A stretch of 64,000 nucleotides of DNA from positions 42,186 to 106,185 of the IMG/VR virus record IMGVR_UViG_2974592485_000001; one strand, 5' to 3'. The position numbers and the translations under genes are program-made. The notes below the pieces were generated by a model. That model searched no databases. It saw only the letters and a program-made list of their open reading frames with translations, and was not told the origin of the DNA. Shown here piece by piece: positions 25,888 to 37,168 of this stretch (its first letter is position 1; each line of letters begins with the position of its first letter). This DNA is from a virus. Taxonomy: Duplodnaviria > Caudoviricetes.

Positions 25888-27339
25888 ATGATAAACGTCC
25901 AGTCTGTAGTGCTGAAAATGCTTCTAACTACTACACATAAAGATTTAGCATTAGAGACTTTTTCCAAATTACGAAAAGATCACTTTAACGATGCCTTCTC
26001 CGCTATATATCAATCCATACAGAACTATTACAATAAACACAAAGAAATGCCCACCCTTGATGCATTAGTATTAGACTCTAGTAGAAATGCAAGACTATCG
26101 CAATCATTAACAGTTCTTAAAAGTACTGAGATACCTGATGTAGAACTAGCTCATGCTATAGAGGTGTTGCAGACGGAATATACTCAGGAAACTTTTCTTA
26201 AACTGTTAGAAACTGATGTGCTAAATGATATAGCCTACTTAGACCAAGGGGAAATATTAGATAGGGTAGCCGCGCTACACCTTAAGCTGGAAGAAAAGGT
26301 AAACGTAAGTGGAAAAGTGTTTAATGCTAATGAGATCCGGTTGTTTAGTAAGGAAGAAGACGTACAGCTTAACTTCATAGCTTTAGGAATAAGTAACGAG
26401 TTGGATGCCCTATTAAAAGGACTAGCTAGAGGGGAGACTCTTCTTATAGGTGGTTGGAGAGGCACAGGGAAGTCTATTATATGCTCTAACGCTCAAGTTA
26501 ACCAGTATAACAATGGGGATATAGCACCATATTTCACTATAGAGATGAACGAAACTGAAGTATTCAGAAGAAATCTAGCTATTATGTCTGGAGTTTCAGC
26601 TCTCGCTATACGTAACAACAGCGTTCAAGGTGCAGACCTATTAAAACTGGCCAGAGCTAGAGCAGGTATGTTTCATGGTGGGGGAGATCTATTAGCTCAG
26701 TATATACGAAAGTATACTCTTGATAAGATGGGGGACTATTATGACTTAGAAAGCGAGCTAATGAAAAACTATGAGCTCCATACTCCTATGATAATTATTC
26801 ATGACCCAGAACTAAGTACTGCTACAATAGACGTAGAGATGAACAAACTAGTCACTAAATATGGCGATAGAGTAACTATGACTATTCTTGACTATATAAA
26901 CCAGACTAGGCTACCCAATACATCTATGCTAGATGCGTATGATTGGAAGCAGCAGATGTTAGTAAGCTCTACTTTCAAAGGAATAAATCAGAAGTACAAC
27001 ACAGCAGGCTTAGCGCCTTTCCAGATAGATAAGGATGGTAAAGCAAGGCTATCCCAAGGTATACTAGACTCATGCGATATGGCAGCTAACCTAAATGCAG
27101 CTAAATCTCCTAGCGGGTTTGGCGGAATCATGTTAAATTTTGTGAAAGCAAGATCATCTGATGCAGGTATTTTTATACCTGAGATTGACTGGACTAGTCT
27201 GAAGCTAGATGGAACATCTAATCTATCTTTGGCAGATTTAGAAAAGGCTAACGCAGAATTCGTAATACCAATTGATACGCCAAAGAAGACTAAAAAGTCT
27301 TCTGGCAAACAATCCGGAGAAGAGGCTGCTGATATATGA
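25888..27339 (+). CDS. D6: DnaB-like replicative helicase (D6)
   Basis: GWRGTGKS, FTIEM, ILDYIN motifs. Confidence 0.88.
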   Translation: MINVQSVVLKMLLTTTHKDLALETFSKLRKDHFNDAFSAIYQSIQNYYNKHKEMPTLDALVLDSSRNARLSQSLTVLKSTEIPDVELAHAIEVLQTEYTQETFLKLLETDVLNDIAYLDQGEILDRVAALHLKLEEKVNVSGKVFNANEIRLFSKEEDVQLNFIALGISNELDALLKGLARGETLLIGGWRGTGKSIICSNAQVNQYNNGDIAPYFTIEMNETEVFRRNLAIMSGVSALAIRNNSVQGADLLKLARARAGMFHGGGDLLAQYIRKYTLDKMGDYYDLESELMKNYELHTPMIIIHDPELSTATIDVEMNKLVTKYGDRVTMTILDYINQTRLPNTSMLDAYDWKQQMLVSSTFKGINQKYNTAGLAPFQIDKDGKARLSQGILDSCDMAANLNAAKSPSGFGGIMLNFVKARSSDAGIFIPEIDWTSLKLDGTSNLSLADLEKANAEFVIPIDTPKKTKKSSGKQSGEEAADI

Positions 27340-28211
27340 GTAGAATAGTAGATCTTTTAAGTCAAAAAGGAATCCCCTTCAAAGATACTGGAGGGGATAT
27401 AATCATTCAGTGTTTAAACCCAGAGCATACGGATGCAAACCCTAGTTTACGAGTAGACCCTAGTACGGGAGCTATGCACTGCTTAAGTTGCGGATTTGGT
27501 AAAGGTATTCCTAGCATATTCCACTACTTTAACGAAAGTATTAATGAGGCGTCTGCCTCACTATTAAGAGTTAGGAAACTGGTTGGAGAGCTATTACGGG
27601 GAGTAGAGTATTTAAGTATACCAGAAGACGCCAATTTATTTAAGGAAGACTACAGGGGAATATCTTCTAGAACACTAGAAAGATACTTCCCTTTTCAGCA
27701 CGTTGATTGGGTAGACAGGTTAGTATTCCCTATAACGGATGCTGTAGGTAGAATTCTCTTCTTCTTAGGTAGACGGCAGAATGGTACTAACTCAGTAAAA
27801 TATATGGTTAAACCCAAGGGCGTACCTCCCCCAGTGTTCCCTATGCGACACAACGCACCTGTTTTAGTGCTAACAGAGGGTATATTTGATATGCTTAATC
27901 TGGAGGACAAAGGAGTACATGCACCAGTGTGCTGTTTCGGTACCCACCAATTTACAGCTAGCAACGTATTGGATAAGTTGTCCCCTTTCATTATTTCAGG
28001 TACTAAAACGGTATTCATATTACTAGATAATGATGAATCAGGAATGAAAGCGTCAGAAATACTATTCAGGTTAATACGTGACAAAACTAACTTACGACCA
28101 ATTATAGCCACAGATCTACTTCCTGCAGGAAAAGACCCTGGAGAGTTGACTCAGGAGGAAGTCGATAAACTAGTTATGTATATGGAAATATTACTTGCAG
28201 AAGAGGCATAA
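27336..28211 (+). CDS. DNA primase (Zn finger + TOPRIM)
   Basis: C..PEH...HCLSC, TEGIFD, LDNDESG, KDPG motifs. Confidence 0.92.
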   Translation: MSRIVDLLSQKGIPFKDTGGDIIIQCLNPEHTDANPSLRVDPSTGAMHCLSCGFGKGIPSIFHYFNESINEASASLLRVRKLVGELLRGVEYLSIPEDANLFKEDYRGISSRTLERYFPFQHVDWVDRLVFPITDAVGRILFFLGRRQNGTNSVKYMVKPKGVPPPVFPMRHNAPVLVLTEGIFDMLNLEDKGVHAPVCCFGTHQFTASNVLDKLSPFIISGTKTVFILLDNDESGMKASEILFRLIRDKTNLRPIIATDLLPAGKDPGELTQEEVDKLVMYMEILLAEEA

Positions 28212-28223
28212 TTATTATATAAT
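28195..28223 (+). promoter_or_regulatory. Sigma70 promoter (pol)
   Basis: TTGCAG-N17-TATAAT. Confidence 0.65.
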
Positions 28224-28275
28224 AGTTGTGAAAAGTAAGAAAAGCCCTGATAGGCACATCTTAGAGGAGAACTAG

Positions 28276-30837
28276 ATGCAGATAGCAATTGTAGATAAAT
28301 CACTTAATAATACTAAGTATCAGAAGCACTATAAGTTACAAGAGCACGATGTTGATGTATTCCACATGTGTAACGAAAAGCTGACAGGCAGGCTTCTTAA
28401 GAAGCATATAACTATTGGTACTGAAGAAAACCCTTTCAATCCTTTTGACTATGATGCTGTCATACTTATTGGTGCAGAACCTTTTCTGTATTTTACAGGT
28501 AAAAAAGGTATTGCAGACTATTCGGGTAAACGAGTAGAACATAATGGGTATACTAAATTTATAGCAAGTATAAGCCCAGCTCAGTTGCATTTTAAACCAG
28601 AAATGCAGCCTATCTTTGATGCTACTGTTGAAGAAATACATCTTATCCTAGAAGGAAAGGAAAAGGTAGCAAAACCTGGGGACTACAAACCTATAACCTC
28701 AGAAGAGGAAGCCCTAGAATACATCAAAATGGTGTACACGATGATTCGTGGGCCAGTATCATTTGACTCCGAATCATCTGCACTTTACGCTAGAGATGGG
28801 TATATGCTGGGACTCTCTATGAGCCACCAAGAATACCAAGGTGTATACATAGACTCCGAAGTACTCAATGAAGAGTGTGTAGTATATCTACAAAAAATAC
28901 TAGACAGTGAAGAACATACTATAGTATTCCACAACCTTAAGTTTGATATGCATTTTTATTCATATCATTTAGGTTTGAACTTTGAAAAAGCACATGCCGA
29001 TCGTAGATTACATGACACCATGCTTCAACATTATGTATTAGACGAGCGCAGAGGTACTCATGGTTTGAAAGCCCTAGCCATGAAGTATACTGATATGGGA
29101 AACTATGACGAGGAATTAGATTTATTTAAAGATCAGTACTGTAAAACCCATAAAATGAAGAAAGAGGATTTTACATATGATCTAATACCCTTCGAAATAA
29201 TGTGGCCGTATGCTGCTAAAGATACTGATGCAACTATTCGCTTGCATAACTTTTTCTTACCTAAGATAGAGGCTAATGATAGGTTAGCTAGTTTGTACTA
29301 TGACGTTTTGATTCCCGGATGTGTGTTCCTCCAAAGAGTTGAGGACAGAGGAGTACCGGTTAGCAAGGCTAGGCTTAAAGCTGCCTTGAGCTATCTAACG
29401 GAAAAACTAGCTTCCAAGACAAAAGAGTTGTACACCTTCGAAGAAGTTATAGCCCTTGAAAAAGACCAAGCGTCACCTTTCAATTCTAACTCTGTACCTC
29501 AGCTTAGGAAGTTACTATTCGACTACATAGGTTTAGAACCTACTGGTAAATTAACAGATACAGGTGCGGATAGTACTGATGCAGATGTGTTAATGGAGCT
29601 GTCAAGTCAACACCCTATTGCAGGTGTTTTACTAGAGATGCGGAAAACCACAAAACTCCTGTCAACTTACGTTAACAAGATGCTGCTTAATATAGACGCA
29701 GATGGCTGCATACGAACAGGATTTCATGAGCACATGACTACATCTGGTAGATTAAGCTCTTCTGGTAAGTTAAACTTACAACAGCTACCTAGGGATGAGT
29801 CTATAATTAAAGGGTGTATTGTAGCTCCAGAAGGCTATCGTGTAATTTCTTGGGACTTAACCACAGCGGAAGTCTACTATGCAGCTGTGCTATCAGGAGA
29901 CCGTGAGTTACAACAAGTCTTTATCAATATGCAAAATGATCCTGCAAACTACTCAGACTTCCACGGTAGTATTGCACACCTAGTATTCGGATTAACCTGT
30001 AAGCCTACAGAAGTTAAAAAGCTATTCCCTGCACTACGTCAAGCAGCTAAAGCAATTTCCTTTGGTATCTTATATGGTTCTGGTAAAGCTAAGGTTGCTG
30101 CTTCTGTAAATGAAGCACTGCTAGAACAGTCGGTTAAAACTGGGGAACGTTACGTCGAGTGTACTCCTGCTGATGCTCAAGGATACATCGATACATATTT
30201 TGATAAGTTCCCAAGATTGAAAAAGTGGATTGCACAGTCTCACGACCAGATTAAGAACTATGGGTTTATCTATAGCCACTTTGGGCGTAAGCGTAGACTA
30301 CACAATATTAATTCTGAGGATCGTGGAGTACAGGGGGAAGAGATTCGTAGTGGGTTTAACGCTATCATTCAGTCCGCCTCATCAGACTCTTTACTCCTAG
30401 GGGCTATAGACGCGGATAATGAAATTATCTCCATGGGTCTGGAAAACGAAATGAAGATAGTTATGCTAGTACATGACTCCGTAGTAGCTATTGTTCGGGA
30501 AGACTTAGTAGATCAGTATAATGAGATTCTGCTTAGAAATATTCAGAAAGACAGAGGAATTAGTATTCCTGGTTGTCCTATTGGAGTAGAGTCTGACTCA
30601 GAGAAGGGGGGTTCTAGAGACTATTCTTGTGGTAAGATCAAGGTTCAACACCCTGAAATAGCTGTGCTAGAAGACCCTGAGTTTACACAATACGTATCCG
30701 AATTGATTAACGATCCTGCATTTAGTGAGCTAGTACATGTTGCTAAAACAGTGGATCATCCCGAACATAAGGATATGACTAAACTTGATAAGGCAATATG
30801 TCTTAGAGATTGGTCAGAAACCGCGTTAGCAGCATGA
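28276..30837 (+). CDS. pol: Family A DNA polymerase with 3'-5' exonuclease
   Basis: FDSE, HNLKFD, YAAKD, TSGRLSS, RQAAKAISFGILYG, VHDS motifs; no intron. Confidence 0.97.
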   Translation: MQIAIVDKSLNNTKYQKHYKLQEHDVDVFHMCNEKLTGRLLKKHITIGTEENPFNPFDYDAVILIGAEPFLYFTGKKGIADYSGKRVEHNGYTKFIASISPAQLHFKPEMQPIFDATVEEIHLILEGKEKVAKPGDYKPITSEEEALEYIKMVYTMIRGPVSFDSESSALYARDGYMLGLSMSHQEYQGVYIDSEVLNEECVVYLQKILDSEEHTIVFHNLKFDMHFYSYHLGLNFEKAHADRRLHDTMLQHYVLDERRGTHGLKALAMKYTDMGNYDEELDLFKDQYCKTHKMKKEDFTYDLIPFEIMWPYAAKDTDATIRLHNFFLPKIEANDRLASLYYDVLIPGCVFLQRVEDRGVPVSKARLKAALSYLTEKLASKTKELYTFEEVIALEKDQASPFNSNSVPQLRKLLFDYIGLEPTGKLTDTGADSTDADVLMELSSQHPIAGVLLEMRKTTKLLSTYVNKMLLNIDADGCIRTGFHEHMTTSGRLSSSGKLNLQQLPRDESIIKGCIVAPEGYRVISWDLTTAEVYYAAVLSGDRELQQVFINMQNDPANYSDFHGSIAHLVFGLTCKPTEVKKLFPALRQAAKAISFGILYGSGKAKVAASVNEALLEQSVKTGERYVECTPADAQGYIDTYFDKFPRLKKWIAQSHDQIKNYGFIYSHFGRKRRLHNINSEDRGVQGEEIRSGFNAIIQSASSDSLLLGAIDADNEIISMGLENEMKIVMLVHDSVVAIVREDLVDQYNEILLRNIQKDRGISIPGCPIGVESDSEKGGSRDYSCGKIKVQHPEIAVLEDPEFTQYVSELINDPAFSELVHVAKTVDHPEHKDMTKLDKAICLRDWSETALAA

Positions 30838-31328
30838 TACAGTTACCCGTATATGCAATAAGATCCTATGAGGAAATAGTTAAAGAAGGGGACTATGTTA
30901 TTATAGTCTCCAAATTTAACAAGTATATTTTAGATAAACCTAAATTAGGGGGCTCTTTTAGACAGAGAAGACTAGAGTTAGCTATAACTCCTACGTCTGA
31001 ATTACCTTATAAGCTGTACCCTTTAAAACGAATGCTTACTAAGCTGTCGCAGTTAGTAAAGAGCAAATCTAAGGTATTCGTGAACTCAGATGGTCGAATT
31101 CTAAAGCGTAAAAAGGAGAAGATGTATCCTATAGAGGTCAGAAAGATAGTTTCAGGAAGCAGACTGTTTAATGGAAAGTTCCAATGCTTTGCTAAAGGTA
31201 TAAACTCCCCCTTTATATTGGATCACATACCTAAGTATGTTTCAGTTATTAAATTCAATAATAGCTATTTAATATACGAGGTGCACGAGGAGATTCCAGA
31301 AGCTCCTAGAGTAAGAGTTAAGATATGA
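30834..31328 (+). CDS. Hypothetical protein (T5-like conserved)
   Basis: ATGA overlap with the pol stop; synteny. Confidence 0.75.
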   Translation: MIQLPVYAIRSYEEIVKEGDYVIIVSKFNKYILDKPKLGGSFRQRRLELAITPTSELPYKLYPLKRMLTKLSQLVKSKSKVFVNSDGRILKRKKEKMYPIEVRKIVSGSRLFNGKFQCFAKGINSPFILDHIPKYVSVIKFNNSYLIYEVHEEIPEAPRVRVKI

Positions 31329-32680
31329 AAGTCATATTGTCAAACAAGGCGTATATAAAACCCACTGAAGAGTTATGGGAGTTTTGTAGTACTCAAACAA
31401 CCTATCAGGTACAGGATAAAACCTCTAGGTACCCTAAAATATTCCGAAATAGTGGAAGTATTGGTAAGGAGGTAAAATGGATACCTATAACTAGGCTAGA
31501 TCTTTTAGAGGCTAAAAAAGTACCTATCCAGATTATAGATAAGCGGGTAAGAGTACCTGCTAGAATACCTGTACCTAAAGTACCCTTACGTCTAGATCAG
31601 AAGGAGATTTACAGTCAATGTACTGATACTTGCATAATAAATGGTAAGCCAGGATTCGGAAAAACTATTCTAGCTCTATGGATAGCACATAAATTGGGGC
31701 AAAAAACACTTGTGGTGTGTACCAATACTATGATACGCGCTCAGTGGGAAAAAGAGGTCTTCAAACTATTTGGATTCAAGGCAGGAGTTATAGGATCTGG
31801 AAAATTTGATACTGCCCCTCCTATTGTTGTAGGTAACATACAAAGTATTAAGAAGTACTCTTTAGAGCTGTCCAAAATGTTTGGATTGGTAATTGTTGAT
31901 GAGGTGCACCACTGTGTAGCTTCTACATTTACAGAGGTACTGGAAAGCAGTCATGCTAGGTATAGAATAGGCCTATCAGGTACTTTGAAGAGGAAGGACG
32001 GTCTAGACGTAATGTTCAAAGATTTCTTTGGATTTACTATCTACTCTCCAGCAGTAGCTAATACTTTAACACCTATTATACATAGGTACCAAGTACCCAT
32101 AGAGATATCCGGAAATATGATAGTACCTTGGGCAGATAGGGCTAGTGCTGTATATTTTCATCCTTTGTACAAGAGAACTTTAGTGTCTTTGGCTTTACTA
32201 TATTACAAGTTAGGACATAGAGTCCTGTTAGTATCAGATAGAACTAAGCTTTTAGCAGAAATCAGACAGGAGCTAGAAAGCGCAGGAGTTATACCCTACT
32301 TTATTGTGGGCTCTACAGACTTAGACAGTAGAGATAATATTCTAGAGGCAGTAGCAGAGGAAGAAAGTGCAATATTACTGGCTTCCCAGTCTATATTTGC
32401 TGAAGGAGTTTCATTAAATGAATTATCCTGTGCTATCCTAGCCAGCCTTATTAATAACGAGTCCCTAGTGGAACAGTTAGTTGGTAGAGTCCAGAGAATG
32501 GTGCGTGATAAGCCTAAGCTAGACCCAGTAGTAGTTGATTTAATGATGTCTGGAGGAGTAGGTTTCAATCAGGCATCAGGTAGGATGTCAGTGTACCATG
32601 CTAATGGTTGGGACGTTAAGTATATTTCTAATGAGGATGCTCTAGAAATGACTAAAATTGCATTTGGCAACAGTCAATAA
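31325..32680 (+). CDS. D10: D10 SF2 helicase
   Basis: GFGKT, DEVH, SGT, QLVGRVQR motifs. Confidence 0.92.
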   Translation: MKVILSNKAYIKPTEELWEFCSTQTTYQVQDKTSRYPKIFRNSGSIGKEVKWIPITRLDLLEAKKVPIQIIDKRVRVPARIPVPKVPLRLDQKEIYSQCTDTCIINGKPGFGKTILALWIAHKLGQKTLVVCTNTMIRAQWEKEVFKLFGFKAGVIGSGKFDTAPPIVVGNIQSIKKYSLELSKMFGLVIVDEVHHCVASTFTEVLESSHARYRIGLSGTLKRKDGLDVMFKDFFGFTIYSPAVANTLTPIIHRYQVPIEISGNMIVPWADRASAVYFHPLYKRTLVSLALLYYKLGHRVLLVSDRTKLLAEIRQELESAGVIPYFIVGSTDLDSRDNILEAVAEEESAILLASQSIFAEGVSLNELSCAILASLINNESLVEQLVGRVQRMVRDKPKLDPVVVDLMMSGGVGFNQASGRMSVYHANGWDVKYISNEDALEMTKIAFGNSQ

Positions 32681-32692
32681 TTGTTATATAAT
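32664..32692 (+). promoter_or_regulatory. Sigma70 promoter
   Basis: TTGGCA-N17-TATAAT. Confidence 0.6.
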
Positions 32693-32717
32693 ATTTACAT
32701 TGATTAGCGAGGAAGAG

Positions 32718-33080
32718 ATGTTATTTTTCAATTATGAAAAGATATATATCCTGTCAAAAGGCAACCCTCAGTTAATCGTTCAGTGTCTATCTAATCTTGT
32801 GTCTAATCCTGAGGCTAATGAACTGTTAGTGGGTAACTCATTCATTGTTAATGAGAACGTGATTATCAATAACCCTTACAATCTTTCAGCTTTAGAACTA
32901 TCTGAATACCTAGGGATCTTATCTTTTAGGAATTATAGTGATTATCATACTCAGAAAATCACAAGCTTGGATATACAGTCAGTTCCATTGTGGATACCTA
33001 AACTGGTTATTACAACCAATAAATTAATCGAAATTAATCGAGATAAATTAATCTTTATAGAGGAAAATATATATGGCTAA
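32718..33080 (+). CDS. Hypothetical protein (T5-like conserved)
   Basis: GAGGA RBS before ATG 32718. Confidence 0.75.
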   Translation: MLFFNYEKIYILSKGNPQLIVQCLSNLVSNPEANELLVGNSFIVNENVIINNPYNLSALELSEYLGILSFRNYSDYHTQKITSLDIQSVPLWIPKLVITTNKLIEINRDKLIFIEENIYG

Positions 33081-33834
33081 GTCATGGGGCGATACTACTG
33101 GTGGTTCTAACGATAAAGTAGACTTTCTGAAATTTAACAACGGCGTAACCAAAGTCCGTGTTGTATCCGGAGTACTACCACGTTATGTTTACTGGATTCC
33201 CAACAAAGACGGTAAAGTAGCACCTTTTGAATGCCTGCGCTTTAACCGTACCAAAGAGTCTTTTGTTCGCGGCAAGGCTGATCCCGTACACGATATGGGT
33301 TTCTACGAAAAAGAGCTGGATAAGAAGACCAATGAAAAGGTTCTTCTGAAACCTAAAAAGAACTACATTGCCTTTGTTATTGACCGTTCTGATAACAAAT
33401 TAAAAGTAATGGAAGTTAAGGCTACCATTCTGAAAGGCATCCAGTCTACCATGAAGCAGCTAGACTTGGACAACCCTTACGATATCGATATCGAGATCGA
33501 GAAGAAAGGTACAGGTTTTGACACTGAGTACGAAGTTCGTCAAATTTCAGCAATGAAGTTCCAGACTGCTCTTACTAATCCAAATAGTGTAGAGTCTAAG
33601 CGTTATGAACAGGATACTACTGATATCCTTGGTGAAGCACTAACAGACGATGAAGGTGACTTCTTGAAGTTTGAGAAGGTACCGTCTCTGGATGAGCTTT
33701 ACCCTGTATCTTCTTACGAAGAACTTAAAGAGGCTATCGAATCTTGGATTGAAGGTCGTAGCGAAGAGTCCACTGGGAACGCTTCTTCTTCAAGTAAGAA
33801 GATCGATTCCGAAGCTGTTAGTGAGCTAGACTAA
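33073..33834 (+). CDS. D11: D11 ssDNA-binding/recombination protein
   Basis: MAKSWG..., VLPRYVYW, acidic tail; T5 synteny. Confidence 0.85.
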   Translation: MAKSWGDTTGGSNDKVDFLKFNNGVTKVRVVSGVLPRYVYWIPNKDGKVAPFECLRFNRTKESFVRGKADPVHDMGFYEKELDKKTNEKVLLKPKKNYIAFVIDRSDNKLKVMEVKATILKGIQSTMKQLDLDNPYDIDIEIEKKGTGFDTEYEVRQISAMKFQTALTNPNSVESKRYEQDTTDILGEALTDDEGDFLKFEKVPSLDELYPVSSYEELKEAIESWIEGRSEESTGNASSSSKKIDSEAVSELD

Positions 33835-33843
33835 CAATATATT

Positions 33844-33875
33844 AAAGGGAGCCTAACAAGCTCCCTTTATTTTTA
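33844..33875 (+). terminator. Rho-independent terminator
   Basis: aaagggagc...gctcccttt plus T tract. Confidence 0.75.
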
Positions 33876-33885
33876 TGAGGATTTA

Positions 33886-34875
33886 ATGAGAATTTTATTT
33901 ACCGCAGATCATCATATTAAGCTCAAGTCTAAGCAAGTACCTAAAGACTGGCAGAAGAATAGGTTTGATATGTTAGCTAACAACTTAGTTGACATATTTG
34001 ATAGTAACTCCTGTGACCTACATATTATAGGAGGAGACCTACTGGACGTGGCGCACCCATCTATGGAAGAGTTAGAACTTATGTTTAGCTTTTTAGCTAA
34101 GTTGAAGCACAAAGGTATTATATATACTGGAAACCATGAGGCACTCAATAAAAATGTGTCTTGTATGTATTACCTTGCGGATGCAATTCAAGAGGTGACC
34201 AAAGGCAACTGGACAGTTATTACAGAACCTTATAGAAGCCCCGAATTTGATATTGTGGACTTTGTAGAGCTACATAAAAAAGAGTGGAAAGACGCACATT
34301 CTAACTTATGCTTCACACATGTTAGGGGCTGTATTCCTCCCCATGTGGAGCCAGAAATTGATTTGAAAAGGTTTGTAGATGCAGGCTACTCCTTAGTAGT
34401 AGCAGGGGACTTACACAGTTATCAAAACTCCCAAAGCATTGAAGATATTCCCTTGGTCTACCCCGGGTCACCAATGACTACTTCCTTTCACAGATCTAGG
34501 ACAACTAATACTAACGGTGCACTGTTAATAGACACAGATACTTTAAGTACTGAATGGGTGGACTTATCAGAACTGCCACAGTTAATACGCCTTACTGTTA
34601 GCAATAAAGAAGAGATGATCAAAACAGATTATGATCATACTATTTATGAAGTCTCTGGGGATGTACTAGACTTAAAAGCTTTAGCTAGGGTAGACTCGGA
34701 AATATTCGACAAAAAGATTAATAACACTGTAACCTCCGAAGCCAAACTTAATCTAGAAGGGTTATCAATAGCTGAGGAAGCAGCCCTATATCTTAGTGAG
34801 ATTCAGAATCTTGCCTCAGATAAAATCTCTAGGGTAGTTGGGAGAATACAGAAGTATGTCCAAGGTAGTATTTAA
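33886..34875 (+). CDS. D12: D12 SbcD/Mre11-like nuclease
   Basis: ADHH, GGDL.D, GNHE, GDLH, YPGSP motifs. Confidence 0.92.
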   Translation: MRILFTADHHIKLKSKQVPKDWQKNRFDMLANNLVDIFDSNSCDLHIIGGDLLDVAHPSMEELELMFSFLAKLKHKGIIYTGNHEALNKNVSCMYYLADAIQEVTKGNWTVITEPYRSPEFDIVDFVELHKKEWKDAHSNLCFTHVRGCIPPHVEPEIDLKRFVDAGYSLVVAGDLHSYQNSQSIEDIPLVYPGSPMTTSFHRSRTTNTNGALLIDTDTLSTEWVDLSELPQLIRLTVSNKEEMIKTDYDHTIYEVSGDVLDLKALARVDSEIFDKKINNTVTSEAKLNLEGLSIAEEAALYLSEIQNLASDKISRVVGRIQKYVQGSI

Positions 34876-36688
34876 TACACTAAAGTTTAGCAACGTTATG
34901 TCTTATGGAGACGACGTTCAAATAACATTTAATAATCATGCTGTAACTCAGTTAGTAGGTAGTAATGGGGTAGGTAAGTCCACCATCGCCACTGTTCTGG
35001 AAGAAGTCTTATACAATAAGAATTCTAGAGGTATTAAAAAAGAAGATCTATTCTCATGGAATAGCGATAAGAGAGAGTACTCTATATCTTTATGGTTCAC
35101 TAAGGATAATGATGAGTATCTAATAAAGAAGGTAGTGAAATCTAGCGCTAAAGTAACTTTATTAAAAAACGGGGTAGATATTAGTGGGCATACTGCTACA
35201 CAAACATATAAACTAATAGAGGAAATTCTAGAAACTGATTTTCAGACTATGACTAAGTTAGTCTACCAATCCGTGGGATCTAGCATGGATTTCTTAAAGA
35301 CTACGGATGCAGCTAGAAAGAACTTTCTAGTAGGTTTACTGGATTTGCACAGGTATTCTCATATCTCGGATAAGCTTAAAGAAGAAAGAAAAACACTAGG
35401 AGCTAGGCTCTCCTTCTTAGAAGGCAAAGAAGAAGCACTAAACAAAGCTATTAAATTAGCTGCTGAAGTTCCTGACCCAATCCCTCTTATAGCAGAACCA
35501 GAAGATCGTACTAGTGAGTTTATTAGTGAGCTGTCCAATCTCAACTCTCAGCTAAGAGACATAGACAGAGTATCTCAGATTCATGCTAAAGCTAATAGCC
35601 TCAGAAGTCGAGCAGAAAAAGAAGAGAAAGCCATACTTGGGTTGGTGGCCCTAGAGTTTGATGAGAGTACTCTTATAAAAGTATCACAAGAGTACCATAC
35701 GGCTAATGCTTTAGCTGAAAATACTAAAGCAGAGTATAAAAAGTTAAAATCAGAAGTAGATGGTAAGGTATGTCCTACATGCGGTAATGTAATGGATGTT
35801 GCTGAAGCCGAAGAGGCTATGGCAGTATTAAAAGCTTTGTTTATAAAACAGGCAGCCACTAGAGACTCTTTAAAGGCAGAAAAAGATACGTTAACTTCTG
35901 CTCAGCTAGAGTTTAAAGCTGATGTTGCTAAAAGAGCTTCGGTTAAAAAGGTAATTTCTGAATACGAGACGTATATAGAGAGTAATAAAGAAGCTATCGC
36001 AGCTAGTACAGATAGTGGGTTTATTTCTACTCAGAAGAAGATTACAGAAATATCTCTTCTTAGTCATAAAGAAGAACTGGAAAAAGTAAGAAACTTCAAT
36101 AATAGGGCTAGCGTTTCCAATGCTAGACGGGAAGTTATACTGGAGCAAAAGGTTTCTGCGGAAAAAGAGTATTCTGAAGTTATGGATGAGCTAGTAGAAG
36201 TAGAGCAGTCTATAGCAGAACTGGATGTTGCTATACTAACTATGAAAGACTTAGTTTCTTACAAAGTAGAGTATAGTATTAAATCCTTTGAAGCCCTTAT
36301 TAACCATTACTTATCTATTATGACTAGGGGGGAATTTGCTCTAGGATTTGAACTGGAAGATACTAAGCTTAAGGTAGTAGTGTTCAAAGACGGTAATAAA
36401 ACTAATATGGAAAACTGCTCCACAGGCCAACAATCTAGAATAAGTATAGCTACCTTATTAGCTATAAGGAAAACTTTGGCAAAACTTAATAAAGTAGACG
36501 TTAACTTGCTGTTCTTAGATGAGGTAGTTAGTTTTATAGACCCAACAGGACTAGAGACTTTAGTAGAGCTATTAGCCGAAGAACATGAGCTAAACTCTGT
36601 AATAGTATCACATGGAAGAACACATCCTTTAGCTCACAAGGTATCTGTGGAGCAAGACCAATATGGTAAATCATTTATAGAAGAATGA
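34856..36688 (+). CDS. D13: D13 SbcC/Rad50-like ATPase
   Basis: GSNGVGKS, CPTC zinc hook, STGQ signature, LFLDE. Confidence 0.93.
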   Translation: MSKVVFNTLKFSNVMSYGDDVQITFNNHAVTQLVGSNGVGKSTIATVLEEVLYNKNSRGIKKEDLFSWNSDKREYSISLWFTKDNDEYLIKKVVKSSAKVTLLKNGVDISGHTATQTYKLIEEILETDFQTMTKLVYQSVGSSMDFLKTTDAARKNFLVGLLDLHRYSHISDKLKEERKTLGARLSFLEGKEEALNKAIKLAAEVPDPIPLIAEPEDRTSEFISELSNLNSQLRDIDRVSQIHAKANSLRSRAEKEEKAILGLVALEFDESTLIKVSQEYHTANALAENTKAEYKKLKSEVDGKVCPTCGNVMDVAEAEEAMAVLKALFIKQAATRDSLKAEKDTLTSAQLEFKADVAKRASVKKVISEYETYIESNKEAIAASTDSGFISTQKKITEISLLSHKEELEKVRNFNNRASVSNARREVILEQKVSAEKEYSEVMDELVEVEQSIAELDVAILTMKDLVSYKVEYSIKSFEALINHYLSIMTRGEFALGFELEDTKLKVVVFKDGNKTNMENCSTGQQSRISIATLLAIRKTLAKLNKVDVNLLFLDEVVSFIDPTGLETLVELLAEEHELNSVIVSHGRTHPLAHKVSVEQDQYGKSFIEE

Positions 36689-37167
36689 CAGACAGCAGAG
36701 AAAAAGGAAAGAGAGGGGAGTACCAAGTACGGGACTCCCTCAGATCACTGACAGGGTTAGAGTGGGAGAGAGTACCCGGTTCCGGAGCATTTGGGCAAAA
36801 TCATGGGTTGAAAGGGGACATATACCTACCTGCCACTAGCCCTAGGATTAGCAAATACTGTTTTGAAGTTAAATGGTATGCTGGAGATAATATTTCTAGC
36901 AATCTTTTAAATTCTACGGAATCTCAATTAGAAAAGTGGTGGGGACAGACGGTGCGAGAAGCGGGTCAAATGGGTACGCTACCCATTCTTGTATTTAAGA
37001 AAGATAGAGGAGAGTGGCTTGTAGCACTCGATAGTACTGACCCATTAGCAGACATTTTATTTTCAACAAACCATTTTCTCCTATCTAAGAATGGTGTTGA
37101 GATGGTTATAGGTAACTTTAACAATTGGTTAAAGATTGCTGCAAAAGATATCACTAAAGAGAGGTAA
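36685..37167 (+). CDS. D14: D14 PD-(D/E)XK nuclease (resolvase-like)
   Basis: KGKRGE, RVPGSGA, GD...EVK motifs. Confidence 0.85.
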   Translation: MTDSREKGKRGEYQVRDSLRSLTGLEWERVPGSGAFGQNHGLKGDIYLPATSPRISKYCFEVKWYAGDNISSNLLNSTESQLEKWWGQTVREAGQMGTLPILVFKKDRGEWLVALDSTDPLADILFSTNHFLLSKNGVEMVIGNFNNWLKIAAKDITKER

Positions 37168-37168
37168 G